Assembly (NCBI GenBank): GCA_022827835.1
Contig: JAJEIO010000048.1
Coordinates: 62,687 to 126,686, forward strand
Direction of reading: 5' to 3'
DNA length: 64,000 nucleotides
DNA from: Candidatus Latescibacterota bacterium
GTDB taxonomy: Bacteria; Latescibacterota; UBA2968; UBA8231
Part shown: in pieces, positions 9,101 to 16,815 of the stretch
How the letters are laid out: each line of letters starts with the position of its first letter
Position numbering within the stretch: the first letter of the stretch is position 1
Program-made: the position numbers and the translations under genes
Notes under the pieces: generated by a model
The model's database searches: none
The model's input: the letters and a program-made list of their open reading frames with translations, nothing else
What the model was told of the DNA's origin: nothing

Positions 9101-12100
9101 GAATTGAACTTCTACTTGCGGCTGCAAGACGCTGCGTTCGACACCACCCGCTCCCTAGCCGAGCGGAAGCAGGCCTTTGCCGCGCTCTACCCAGACCCCG
9201 ATCCCCTGCGCCCCAATCGCTCATCCGACGACCCCGAGGGAGACAACTGGAAATACGACTCCCAGCGCAACAAGAACGATTACAGCCACATCAACGGCAC
9301 CGAGAACAACAAAAAAGATGTCGCAAGCGGCGACCGCCCGGACACCGAAGACCTCAACAACAATGGCGTGCTCGACCGCCGCAACAACTACTACCACTAC
9401 GAAATCGACCTGTCGTCGAGCCATTACGAGGTCGCCGGGACTCAAAACGAAGGCTGGCGTCAGCTCCGCGTGCCCCTGTTCGGCCCCCACGTCGAGCGCG
9501 TGGGCTTGCCCGACTCCACCCGCATCGAATACGCGCGCCTGATGCTTTCAAGCGGGCTGCAGTCGGACGTAGCAGACACCGTGCGAGCCGAGATCGCGCT
9601 GGTGGAAATCGTGGGCAACAAGTGGCAGGAAGACGAAGTAGTGCGGCTCGATGATCGCTTCCCGCTTGGCGACCGCGAGACCCTCGACGTCACGGTTATC
9701 GGCACCGACAAGAGCCAGAGCTACCGACCGCCACCCGGCGTGAAAATCCGCCGCAACGTGCAGTCGCGCACCCGCGAACGCGAGCAGTCCCTCGTACTGG
9801 CCTACGAAAACCTAGAGCCTGGGCACCAAATGTCGGCGACTCGCATCCTGACCCGCTCTGCCAATTACACCAGCTACGAGCGGCTGCGCATGTACGTCTA
9901 TGGCGATTCGAGCGGAACCATTGAATACGCCCACGGCGATTCGAGCGACTTGGTGCTCTTCGTGCGCTTTGGCGTGGATTCGACCAACTACTACGAGACC
10001 ATCAGCCCCATTTTCCCGGGTTGGACCGGAGGGCGCAAGGGCTGGAAGGGCAATCAAGTAGATGTGGATTTGCCGGTCATCTCCCAACTCAAGGCCCTGC
10101 TGCAATCCGGGCTGGCCGACACCACCACGGGCGAGTTCTACTACACTTACCGGGTAATCGACCCGCGCGGGGCACCGCTAGACGGCAAGAGCTTGATCGC
10201 TCAGCGCGAGTTGGAGGCGCTGCACGCGGCTGGCTACGACCCCCAAGTCGAGCGCTTTTCCCTAGACCAAATTTTTGCGCGGTCGGGCCTGCGCAGTGGC
10301 GAGCAAGCCATTTACCGGGTGCGCGGCAACCCGTCAATGCAGTCGATCAAACAACTGAGCATTGGTCTGCGCAACCGCGCCGCAAACCGCGCGTACAGCG
10401 GTCGCATCTTCCTCGACGAGCTGCGCCTCGACGAGGCGCGCAACGATCCCGGGCTGGCCGCGTACGCCCAGCTCAACACCAAGCTAGCCGACTTTGCCAA
10501 CCTCGGCGGCAACGTGCTCTGGCGGCAGGAAAACTTCCGCAGCTTTACCGGCCGAGGCGGCAACAGCACCGACCGCGAAGCCGCACTGTCGGTCTCCACC
10601 AACGCGCAAAAGCTCCTGCCGAGTAGCTGGGGATTTTTGATCCCGGTCAAGGTAAATGTTAGCCGCTCGACCAGCTTGCCGCGCTTCGGCCCCGGCTCGG
10701 ATGTGGAACTGACCGCCGAAGAAAAGCTAGAGCAACAAGCCGTTCGCTCCAAGGAATTCTACGACGTGTCCATCAGCCGGCGGCAGGGCAAAAATTTCTT
10801 CTTGCGCTGGACCCTCGACCAGATGAACCTGCGGCTGTCGCATTCGCGCGAACACAGTTCAGATCCGGTGCGCCCAATCAACGAGCGCGAAGCCCAGACC
10901 ATGAACTTCAACTACAGCATGCCCCTGCCCAAACCAGAACTGCGGATCATGCGCTGGTTGCCGGAGTTCATGCCCACGGGCTGGACGCGGATGGAGTTTC
11001 GCCCGCTGCCGACGAGCCTGACCTACGCGGTCAACGGCAGCCGGCGCACTTCGCGGCTTTTGCGCCGCGGCGACGACGAACCGACCGCACAGGAGGACTT
11101 TGCGCTCGTCGAAACCTATGCCTCTAAGCTCAATCCGCTCTCTGGTCTATCGGCCAACTACAACCTCAAAATCGACCGAGACTTGCGCAAAAAATTCGTC
11201 CCCGACAAGCGCAGCTTTGGGCGCGAGGTCGGGCGCAGACAAACAGCCGACTTGGGCTTTTCGCTGCGCTTGGTCTCGTGGCTGGACCAAAACTACACCT
11301 TCAAGGCCAATTACGAAGAGCAAAATGACCCAGCGCAGCGGCGCGGAGTGGCCCCAATCGATTCAATCAGCGGCCTGCCGTTCAATACCCTCGACATCGA
11401 CACCCGGAATGACCTCTCGGCCCGTCTCAATCTCAAAATCCCAACCCTGCTCAAGAATTTGGGCAAGGCCCCGGGGCAAAGCCGCAAGGCGCAACAGCGC
11501 GCCGACCGAGACCGCAATCGCAATCGCAATCGAAACCGAAACATAGACGAGGACGCGCCGACCTCAAAGCAAAGCCAAGCCGAGGAAGAGCCAAGCCAAG
11601 CCGAGGAAGAGCAAAGCCAAGCTGAGGAAGAGCAAAGCAAAGCTGAGGAAGAGCAAAGCAAAGCTGACCAGAAAAAAAACCAAGCCCAAGAAGAGCAAAG
11701 CAAAGCCGACCAGAAGAAAGACCAAGCCAAAGAGGAGCAAAGTAAAGCAAAACCGCCGCAAGGTCCCAATATCCTCCGCCGCCTCGCCGGATGGACTGGC
11801 CGCCTCGTCGAGCCGGTCAACGCCAGTTGGCGGCGCAACACCAACTCGCGCCGCTTCAATTTGCTGCAGCGGCCTTCGCTTTCCTATCAACTCGGCCTCG
11901 AAGACACCCTGCGGGTGCGGCAAGTGACCCAAGGGCTGACCCACCAAGACAATTGGTTGCACGCATCCTCGTTTGAGGCTGGTTCGGGGATGCGGTTGCC
12001 CTTTGGTATTAGTGTCAAAGTCAACTCCAAGGAGCAGACCACCGAGCGCAGCGGCGCTTCGCAGCAACGACTGCGCTTGCGCAACGAGCGGACCTACCCG

Positions 12101-12727
12101 CGCGTGAGTCTTAGCTGGGGACGAGCCGACCGGATTCCGTTGATAAAGCGAGTGATCAACAGCGCGCAGGTAAACGCGAGTTTCGAGACCTCGGAGGCCA
12201 GCGAGGGCGAGGGCAGTCTCGCGCCCGGCCACCTGCTCTCTGAGGAGACCAAGACCGAGTTTAGGGCGTCGTGGAATGGCCGTTGGCGCTGGGGACCGAC
12301 CACGACCATTGAGCGCGTACTCTCCACCTCGGAAAGCCGCGATTTTGAACCAACTGCCGAGGGAGACAGCGGCGAGCAGCCTCTGCGCGGTACTCGCGAC
12401 CGAGAGCAGGTGACCACCACCTTCAAGATCACTCATAATCTCAAGCCGCGGCGACTGCCCCTAATAGGCCGGCTCAAAAGCGACGTCACCCTCAACTTAG
12501 AACAGAAGTTTGAAGGAGAAACGCGCTCCATCGCCACCGGCGACGAAGAGCGCGTCCCCAATGGCAAAGAAAACCGCTGGCGCACTCAGTTGTCCATGAC
12601 CTACAACTTCAGCACGAATTTCCGCGGCGAGGGGCGAATTCGCATCGAAAACAACAAAGACCACCTCAGAGACAAGACGCGAAAAATCCGCGAAGTGCGG
12701 CTTTCGGGCACGTTCTTCCTCCGCTAA
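6197..12727 (+). CDS. sprA: type IX secretion system translocon SprA (cell surface protein SprA)
   Basis: 2176 aa with signal peptide (LLAVVVRAEPG). SprA-type blocks include FQEVQAGNTTLELPNTRFVGFRQKNKGLFGIRAKGHVGPLAFTTVASHEKSKSNRQTFKGGA, Asp-rich Ca-binding-like loops (DTEDLNNNGVLD, GIDGRNDEAE), and beta-strand-rich C-terminal repeats ending ...LSGTFFLR. Size and architecture match the giant SprA barrel. Confidence 0.9.
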   Translation: MGVNLEVFLRFSRQAFSSWLCVCLLAVVVRAEPGLHFEPLYGPLSQRFAAPSQAAFGTGQPLLPAPARALISYQAVVDSLGMAHYGRRVSGFTEGPTVTVTLDDYLRIEYQARHRRLWHQQIRRDFRSTASEQRQRRGSRFEWTVPFSAPKPLRRFIGDQGPSLALNGSRTIIISGKSEWTDGEVQTSFGRSSKFPSLGIEQESDFTVEGKVGELINIRIDQDTQNLGSAFGSGLGDQLSNQIKLDYEGEEDSIFQEVQAGNTTLELPNTRFVGFRQKNKGLFGIRAKGHVGPLAFTTVASHEKSKSNRQTFKGGAAIDTLQLRDYQYIRNTYFFLHEFYRAHLSDFRSLLEGVQFGPENFVDISRLEVYINDFNTRNDAELFARPGVAWVDPSDSLSTIECFDAAGNRLRNSGCSEEGTWHRLDPDDDYSVVAEAGYIVLNRPVSDPYAMAVHFKTNAPDFDGTLQQETARLKAGAESDSLYLKLIKARNPRPGFPTWNLEWKNVYRIASGFSTGRRFDPKTLQVDIAKEVPGQEDQLSQQGRSYLQILGLDERGKDPGSAPDRVIDADYIGLDDIRGHLIFPDQRPFDPRSNKYRGLLDEPVPAIYDEQQQRAQIEASRYKILVRAASSEQRIRLGGIFGGVRPETVEVQLNGRPLTRDTDYRVDYTGSVTFIGSVAQEVADPGADLEISFESEDVFNIGSQQKTLLGLRTEYEFWGGDGRVGSTMIYNNERSSDRRVRVGNEPTRTVIWNLDLRARREVPILTRVVDMLPLVKTAVPSEVTLDAEIAQSRPNLNTKGRGYIDDFEDSERPISLVVNRTRWAPASAPIGTRFGAENRAHFIWYNPYNGVLRTDIWPNQEEQIEAQNRRTDILALELLPRLEVAESWGGVSLAFSTVNDLSESKFLEIWVRGQEGTLHVNLGDQINEDYIANGRLDTEDEPFPGQAAGDGLVSREEDVGIDGRNDEAELNFYLRLQDAAFDTTRSLAERKQAFAALYPDPDPLRPNRSSDDPEGDNWKYDSQRNKNDYSHINGTENNKKDVASGDRPDTEDLNNNGVLDRRNNYYHYEIDLSSSHYEVAGTQNEGWRQLRVPLFGPHVERVGLPDSTRIEYARLMLSSGLQSDVADTVRAEIALVEIVGNKWQEDEVVRLDDRFPLGDRETLDVTVIGTDKSQSYRPPPGVKIRRNVQSRTREREQSLVLAYENLEPGHQMSATRILTRSANYTSYERLRMYVYGDSSGTIEYAHGDSSDLVLFVRFGVDSTNYYETISPIFPGWTGGRKGWKGNQVDVDLPVISQLKALLQSGLADTTTGEFYYTYRVIDPRGAPLDGKSLIAQRELEALHAAGYDPQVERFSLDQIFARSGLRSGEQAIYRVRGNPSMQSIKQLSIGLRNRAANRAYSGRIFLDELRLDEARNDPGLAAYAQLNTKLADFANLGGNVLWRQENFRSFTGRGGNSTDREAALSVSTNAQKLLPSSWGFLIPVKVNVSRSTSLPRFGPGSDVELTAEEKLEQQAVRSKEFYDVSISRRQGKNFFLRWTLDQMNLRLSHSREHSSDPVRPINEREAQTMNFNYSMPLPKPELRIMRWLPEFMPTGWTRMEFRPLPTSLTYAVNGSRRTSRLLRRGDDEPTAQEDFALVETYASKLNPLSGLSANYNLKIDRDLRKKFVPDKRSFGREVGRRQTADLGFSLRLVSWLDQNYTFKANYEEQNDPAQRRGVAPIDSISGLPFNTLDIDTRNDLSARLNLKIPTLLKNLGKAPGQSRKAQQRADRDRNRNRNRNRNIDEDAPTSKQSQAEEEPSQAEEEQSQAEEEQSKAEEEQSKADQKKNQAQEEQSKADQKKDQAKEEQSKAKPPQGPNILRRLAGWTGRLVEPVNASWRRNTNSRRFNLLQRPSLSYQLGLEDTLRVRQVTQGLTHQDNWLHASSFEAGSGMRLPFGISVKVNSKEQTTERSGASQQRLRLRNERTYPRVSLSWGRADRIPLIKRVINSAQVNASFETSEASEGEGSLAPGHLLSEETKTEFRASWNGRWRWGPTTTIERVLSTSESRDFEPTAEGDSGEQPLRGTRDREQVTTTFKITHNLKPRRLPLIGRLKSDVTLNLEQKFEGETRSIATGDEERVPNGKENRWRTQLSMTYNFSTNFRGEGRIRIENNKDHLRDKTRKIREVRLSGTFFLR
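11506..11750 (+). repeat. in-frame microsatellite and 21-nt tandem repeats inside sprA (charged low-complexity insert)
   Basis: The tract reads cgagac-(cgcaat)x3-(cgaaac)x2, encoding DRDRNRNRNRNRN. It is followed by 21/42-nt units encoding SQAEEEP/SQAEEEQ/SQAEEEQ/SKAEEEQ/SKADQKKNQAQEEQ/SKADQKKDQAKEEQ. Confidence 0.85.
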
Positions 12728-12762
12728 AGCATATTGCCCGACGCGGCTGTGGGAGGTATTAT

Positions 12763-13128
12763 TTGTTCAATCAACGCGAGCAACGCGCGCTTATCGGCCT
12801 GACAGCGGCCTTGCTCATCGGGATGCTCGTCGCCATCGGCGATTGGTATCGCCCCTCGCAGTCAGAGGAATTTAGCGTCGTGCCGCGCGCAGTCGCTCCG
12901 CCGCCACCGCGCCAAGTGGCAGCAGCCGAGCAGGGGCCGCTGTCGCTCAATTCGGCTACGGTAGAAGAATTAGTCGCACTGCCGGCAATCGGCCCCAAGA
13001 TCGCCGCGCGGATCGTCGCCTTCCGCCGCGAGCGCGGTCCTTTTGCACGGCTGGAGCAACTAACCGAAGTCAATGGCATCGGCGCGAAGACGCTAGCAAA
13101 GCTCCGTCCTTTGCTCATAGTGGAGTAG
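12763..13128 (+). CDS. comEA: ComEA-family helix-hairpin-helix DNA-binding protein
   Basis: N-terminal TM helix (ALIGLTAALLIGMLVAI), then LSLNSATVEELVALPAIGPKIAARIVAFRRERGPFARLEQLTEVNGIGAKTLAKL, a tandem HhH typical of ComEA. TTG start as in the track. Confidence 0.8.
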   Translation: MFNQREQRALIGLTAALLIGMLVAIGDWYRPSQSEEFSVVPRAVAPPPPRQVAAAEQGPLSLNSATVEELVALPAIGPKIAARIVAFRRERGPFARLEQLTEVNGIGAKTLAKLRPLLIVE

Positions 13129-13151
13129 AGACCACTTTGTAGAAGAAGGGG

Positions 13152-14045
13152 TTGGGATTGTTTGGATTTGGCAGGACAAAGGCCACTGGGATCCACATCA
13201 GCGGCCAGACCATGCGCATCGCCGCCCTAGACGCTAACCGCGCTGGCATCCGGCCGTTAGTCTTGACAGCCGAAAAGCTGGAGCGCCCCTTCGACCCGGT
13301 GTCCCTAGGCGACGAGCAGCAGCGACAAGAGCTAGCTGCCAAGTTAGCCGCGCTCGCGGCGACTTATAACTTCGACTATAGCACAGCCTGTTTCTCGCTA
13401 GACCGGCGCTTGGGTCTCATTCAGCGCCGGCCCCTCGTAGCGAGGATTGAGCGCGAAAACCGCCAACAACTTCTGTGGGAAGTCGAGCAGCTCTTGACCG
13501 AAGACGCGAAGGCGTTTAGCTGCGATTTTGTGCTGACCTCGCAGTGGGGCTTTGTGGTGGCGGCGCGCCACCGCGCGCTCGATGGCTACCGCGCCCTAGG
13601 CAAGGTCGCGGCGGTCGGTCGGCTCGATGTGGATCTAGTGCCTTTTGCCCTGTACAACGCCAGCGAATGCGCCAATCTGCTCGCCAAAGATACATTCTCG
13701 CTGCTGCTCTACGCGGATGAAAGCGAGGCTTGGCTCCTGCTAATAGAGGAAGGCGAACTGTGCGCACTGACTAGTTGCTGCTGGGAGCAAGAGGATGACG
13801 CGCCCGCAGCCTTAGAAGGCGCAGCGCGCAAGCTGCTAAGCGCGGGCGGCAGCGGTCTCCAACGCCTGTGGGGAGCCGGCTTTGTGTATTGGAGCGAGGG
13901 CTTGGCCGCGCATTTGGGGGTGCCGCATTCAATCCTCGACCCACTCGCCGCAGTCAAACCCAAGCTGCTCGATAGCACCCCGCCCGCGCAGCGATCCGAG
14001 TATGCCATTGCCGTCGGGCTAGCTCAGCGGGGGTTGGTGCGATGA
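13152..14045 (+). CDS. PilM-like (actin-fold pilus/secretion assembly) protein, divergent
   Basis: The N-terminus GFGRTKATGIHISGQTMRIAALD resembles the PilM xxGLDIGsxxIKxVeL start. VDLVPFALYNA resembles PilM vDv.p.Al. C-terminal ...YAIAVGLAQRGL resembles avA.GLAlR. The ATP-binding glycine motifs are not evident. Confidence 0.45.
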   Translation: MGLFGFGRTKATGIHISGQTMRIAALDANRAGIRPLVLTAEKLERPFDPVSLGDEQQRQELAAKLAALAATYNFDYSTACFSLDRRLGLIQRRPLVARIERENRQQLLWEVEQLLTEDAKAFSCDFVLTSQWGFVVAARHRALDGYRALGKVAAVGRLDVDLVPFALYNASECANLLAKDTFSLLLYADESEAWLLLIEEGELCALTSCCWEQEDDAPAALEGAARKLLSAGGSGLQRLWGAGFVYWSEGLAAHLGVPHSILDPLAAVKPKLLDSTPPAQRSEYAIAVGLAQRGLVR

Positions 14046-15073
14046 TCCGCGTCGAGCTTCTCGGTCGCCAAGGGCGGTCGCCTTGGCCCAAAGCCTTGCT
14101 TTCGGTCCTAGTTGTCTGTGGCGGACTATACGGCATCTACCACTTCTTCCCCGCGCTGACGAGGCCGATTTTTAGCGCGAGTTCCGCCCTCATTGCCGCA
14201 GCGCAGCAAGAGATCGCACCACAGCGAGAGGTCATTTCAAACCCCGAAGAGGCACAGCGAGAGGCCATTCCAAGCGCCGAAGAGGCACAGCGAGAGGCCA
14301 TTCCAAGTGCCGAAGAGGCTATCTCTATACCCGTGGAAAAAACTGCCCCCAAGCCTGCGGCGCAGCAAGAGGTCACCCGCAGCTCTACGGTGCAACAAGA
14401 GGAAACTCTAAGTCCTGAGCAAGAGACCGCATCAAGCCCCGTAGTCCAGCGAGAAGCAACACCCCGCCCCGATCCAACACCGTCCCAAGCTCCTTCGCCC
14501 CAGCGCAGCACAGCCTGCCACCAAGTCATGCGGGTTGACGAACAGATTCCCCCCGGGATTCGCGTGGCTTCGCTGAATTGCAATTCAATCGGGGAATACT
14601 GGCTGGAGGGGACCAGCCCCTCGTACAAAGTGCTGCGCGAGTTTAGGCTTCGCTTGCAGGCATTGCCATCGCGGGTGTCGTTTTCGACTTGGCAGGAGGA
14701 ACGCACGCTGCGCTTTGCATTCCAAGGCCGCTTTGCCGAGCAGGATACCCCTCCACCGGCTGTCCTCTCGTCCGACCAAGCGGAGCAATTCTTCGGCAAG
14801 TTGGCCCGCTGGGCCGACGCGAGTGGTCTAGACAGCCTCTCGATCGAAGAGCCCACCCATAGGGCCTTGTCGGCGGCGCACACGCACCAGCGGCAAAAAT
14901 TGCGGGGCCTTGGCTCCCCTCAGCAGATCAACGCCTTCTTGCAGCAATTGCAACAGGCCGAAGAAGTCGCAACCCTCGGCGAGGTTTTGCTCATGCCCGT
15001 CATCAGCGACGAAAGCGGCTGGATTCAAGCGCGGCTCTACGCGGCCGTGGACATCGTCGTGGACGCACCCTAA
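14042..15073 (+). CDS. bitopic membrane protein (PilN/PilO-position partner of the PilM-like gene), repeat-rich linker
   Basis: Start overlaps the upstream stop (ATGA). Single N-terminal TM helix (ALLSVLVVCGGLYGIYHFF), a roughly 130-aa Glu/Gln/Pro-rich repeat linker, then a roughly 170-aa globular C-terminal domain. No family recognised beyond topology and position. Confidence 0.45.
   Translation: MIRVELLGRQGRSPWPKALLSVLVVCGGLYGIYHFFPALTRPIFSASSALIAAAQQEIAPQREVISNPEEAQREAIPSAEEAQREAIPSAEEAISIPVEKTAPKPAAQQEVTRSSTVQQEETLSPEQETASSPVVQREATPRPDPTPSQAPSPQRSTACHQVMRVDEQIPPGIRVASLNCNSIGEYWLEGTSPSYKVLREFRLRLQALPSRVSFSTWQEERTLRFAFQGRFAEQDTPPPAVLSSDQAEQFFGKLARWADASGLDSLSIEEPTHRALSAAHTHQRQKLRGLGSPQQINAFLQQLQQAEEVATLGEVLLMPVISDESGWIQARLYAAVDIVVDAP
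14246..14320 (+). repeat. 33-nt in-frame tandem repeat (about 2.3 copies)
   Basis: gaagaggcacagcgagaggccattccaag(c/t)gcc occurs twice, then gaagaggct. It encodes EEAQREAIPSA-EEAQREAIPSA-EEA. Confidence 0.85.
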
Positions 15074-15567
15074 TGAACCGCTTTGCAGACGCGGCCATCT
15101 ATCCCGGCAGCTTCGACCCCATCACCTTTGGCCACCTAAATATCCTAGAGCGGGCCTTGGGCATTTTCTCCCAAGTCACCCTGCTGGTGGCAATCAATCC
15201 TAATAAAAGGCCGCTTTTTTCGCTGGCGGAGAGTCGGGCGATGATCTCCGAGGCCATTAGCGACTGGCCCCAAGCCAAGGTCGATTTCCACGACGGCCTG
15301 ACCGTTGACTATGCGCGGCAACACAACATCCGCACGGCCGTGCGGGGCCTGCGGGCGGTGACCGACTTTGAGAACGAGTTTGCCATGGCCTTGACCAACC
15401 GCTCGCTATGGCCAGAGTTCGACACAGTCTTTCTAATGACCAAGGCCGAGTACATGTATCTCAGTTCGTCGGTCGTGCGCCAAGTGGCGCAAATGGGCGG
15501 GCAGTTGAACCAGTTCGTGCCGCCTTGTATCGAGCGCCGCTTGCGGAAAAAATTCCAAAATGCCTGA
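15073..15567 (+). CDS. coaD: phosphopantetheine adenylyltransferase
   Basis: AIYPGSFDPITFGHLNILERA (the T/HxGH nucleotidyltransferase motif), ...RGLRAVTDFENEF, ...YLSSSVVRQV. 164 aa. The ATG overlaps the upstream TAA (TAATG). Confidence 0.93.
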   Translation: MNRFADAAIYPGSFDPITFGHLNILERALGIFSQVTLLVAINPNKRPLFSLAESRAMISEAISDWPQAKVDFHDGLTVDYARQHNIRTAVRGLRAVTDFENEFAMALTNRSLWPEFDTVFLMTKAEYMYLSSSVVRQVAQMGGQLNQFVPPCIERRLRKKFQNA

Positions 15568-16642
15568 GTCTCAACGCGAAGTGCAGGCGCTCCTCGCGCT
15601 CAGCCAAGCCGAACCGCCTAGGCGCGTGCGCCGCTTGCTCGATCACTTTGGCTCGGCACAAGAGGCCCTCACCGCCGCAAATTGGACTGTGGCCGTGGGA
15701 TCCCGTGCGCCCGAGCAGCGGCCGACGCCGGCCGACTTTGCTTGGGCCGCCGAGCAGTGGCAACGGCTCTGCGCGGCGGGCGGGCGCTGTCTGTCCCCAG
15801 CAGACGCGGACTATCCACCACTGCTGGGCCAAATCGCCGCGCCGCCCCCCGTGCTGTTTGCGCTGGGGCCGGACGACTTGGTCCCGCCCACCATAGCCAT
15901 CGTCGGCTCGCGCAAGGCATCGGACAGCGGCAAGCTGATCGCCGCCGAGCTGGCCCGCGGGCTAGTCGCGCAAGGCATCTGCATCGTCAGCGGCATGGCT
16001 TTCGGCATCGACGCAGCCGCCCACGAAGCAGCGCTCGCAGCCGGCGGACGCACCATCGCTGTGTTGGGCTGCGGGGCAGACGTGCCCTATCCCCGCACTC
16101 ACACCCCACTCTACCGCCAAATCCGCGAGCGAGGAGCCATCGTTTCCGAGTTTGCCTGGGGGGCGCAGCCGGAGCGGGGGGCCTTCCCGCGCCGCAACCG
16201 TATCATCAGCGGGCTGAGCTTAGGGGTGATCATCGTCGAGGCCCCGCAAAAGAGCGGAGCGCTGATTACGGTCCAACATGCACTGGAGCAAAACCGCGAA
16301 GTATTTGCCGTGCCTGGAGACGTGCGCTCGGGCCGCAACGCGGGCTGCCATCAACTCATCAAAGACGGAGCGAAGTTGGTGGAGAATGTGGAGGACGTGC
16401 TAGAGGAATTGACCATGTGGGCGGTACCGCGCCCGCAAAGCGCATCCGTACCCACGCCCGTTCTTCCCCCAGAGGACGAGAGCGTCTATGCCCTACTCTC
16501 GCGCCAACCTCGGCACATTGACGAACTCGCCCAACACAGCGCCCTGCCGCCCGCGACCCTGCTCGACGTACTGCTGAGGCTGGAACTCGACGGCCTAGTA
16601 GATCAGCTCGCGGGCAAGCGATTTTTGCGGCGAGCGGGGTAA
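15560..16642 (+). CDS. dprA: DNA processing protein DprA (Smf)
   Basis: IAIVGSRKASDSGKLIAAELARGLVAQGICIVSGMAFGIDAAAHEAAL...TIAVLGCGADVPYP...FPRRNRIISGLSLGVIIVEAPQKSGALITVQHALEQNREVFAVPG, a Rossmann-like DprA core with a C-terminal winged-helix tail. Confidence 0.92.
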   Translation: MPESQREVQALLALSQAEPPRRVRRLLDHFGSAQEALTAANWTVAVGSRAPEQRPTPADFAWAAEQWQRLCAAGGRCLSPADADYPPLLGQIAAPPPVLFALGPDDLVPPTIAIVGSRKASDSGKLIAAELARGLVAQGICIVSGMAFGIDAAAHEAALAAGGRTIAVLGCGADVPYPRTHTPLYRQIRERGAIVSEFAWGAQPERGAFPRRNRIISGLSLGVIIVEAPQKSGALITVQHALEQNREVFAVPGDVRSGRNAGCHQLIKDGAKLVENVEDVLEELTMWAVPRPQSASVPTPVLPPEDESVYALLSRQPRHIDELAQHSALPPATLLDVLLRLELDGLVDQLAGKRFLRRAG

Positions 16643-16676
16643 TCCAACACAATCGCCAGCACACAGATCGCCGCAG

Positions 16677-16814
16677 CTAGTCGTCCGAGTCCCCTATCTG
16701 CAACGGTTCATCGCGGTGAGATTTGTCTTGAAAAAAAGGCCGCGCCAAACGCCACACCACGTACGCAGCGGCGATCGCGGCAACGGCGACGGCTACCGGC
16801 GTTTGCCAGTCCAT
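16677..16814 (-). CDS. small single-TM protein translationally coupled to feoB (candidate FeoB-associated peptide)
   Basis: Below the track cutoff. Manual translation gives MDWQTPVAVAVAAIAAAYVVWRLARPFFQDKSHRDEPLQIGDSDD (45 aa). The ATG at 16814 lies 1 nt after the feoB stop (16816-16818). Its TM helix plus basic flank resemble FeoB-associated small membrane proteins, but the usual Cys-rich tail is absent. Confidence 0.35.
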   Translation of the reverse strand: MDWQTPVAVAVAAIAAAYVVWRLARPFFQDKSHRDEPLQIGDSDD

Positions 16815-16815
16815 T

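Noticed and set aside
11311-12436. Long minus-strand ORFs (182 aa, 290 aa, 112 aa) antisense to sprA
   Set aside because: Typical GC-rich antisense open frames with Arg/Ala/Leu/Ser-rich composition and mirror-image low-complexity of the sprA repeats. The sprA frame has clear family motifs throughout.
15682-16521. 279-aa alternate-frame ORF inside dprA
   Set aside because: The Arg/Pro/Ala-rich translation has no motifs, whereas the overlapping dprA frame matches the family from end to end.
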